Below are positions 63,888-64,000 of a stretch of 64,000 nucleotides of DNA, in pieces. Position 1 is the first letter of the stretch. Each line of letters starts with the position of its first letter. The notes under the pieces were generated by a model, which was not told the DNA's origin, made no database searches, and worked only from the letters and a program-made list of their open reading frames with translations. The stretch covers positions 6,300,857-6,364,856 of the forward strand of contig NC_057718.1 of NCBI RefSeq assembly GCF_004010195.1, given 5' to 3'. The position numbers and the translations under genes are program-made. The stretch comes from Chiloscyllium plagiosum (Eukaryota).

Positions 63888-64000
63888 TGGGCGGCATGAT
63901 GGCTCAGTGGTTAACATTGTCGCCTCACAGCGCTAAGGACCCAGGTTCGATTTCTCGGGTGACTGTCTGTGTGGAGTTTGCACATTCTCCCCGTGTCTGC
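63888..64000 (+). mobile_element. HE1-type V-SINE (runs off the window)
   Basis: tRNA-like head and start of core. Confidence 0.88.

Noticed and set aside
1..64000. CRISPR arrays, rRNA genes or prokaryotic operons
   Set aside because: No regularly spaced repeat-spacer array or rRNA-like sequence; the content is vertebrate repeat-rich DNA

Overview
Repeat-dominated eukaryotic genomic DNA, most likely from a cartilaginous fish (shark). This is inferred from the many HE1-type V-SINEs and the HER1/CR1 LINEs that share their 3' tails. No host gene can be named. Most long ORFs in the track are fragments of CR1, Rex1/Babar or Penelope reverse transcriptase/endonuclease, or artefacts of two N-gaps (35946-36445, 58062-58429). 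Main points of interest: (1) a dense population of Penelope-like (GIY-YIG) elements and 100-250 bp fold-back derivatives from about four families, carrying minimal hammerhead-ribozyme cores, with inversion junctions that cluster at the ribozyme; (2) a 68-bp, 67/68-identical inverted repeat (22893-22960 / 24378-24445) in apparently unique sequence, overlapping an exon-like segment whose only in-frame stop is a UAG inside the duplex (candidate A-to-I recoding or splicing switch); (3) a series of minus-strand exon-like segments, one with a GC donor; (4) a degenerate interstitial (TTAGGG)n tract, local duplications, solo-LTR-like segments, a MITE and a Harbinger Myb/SANT relic. Repeat boundaries were read by eye and are approximate unless a TSD is quoted.
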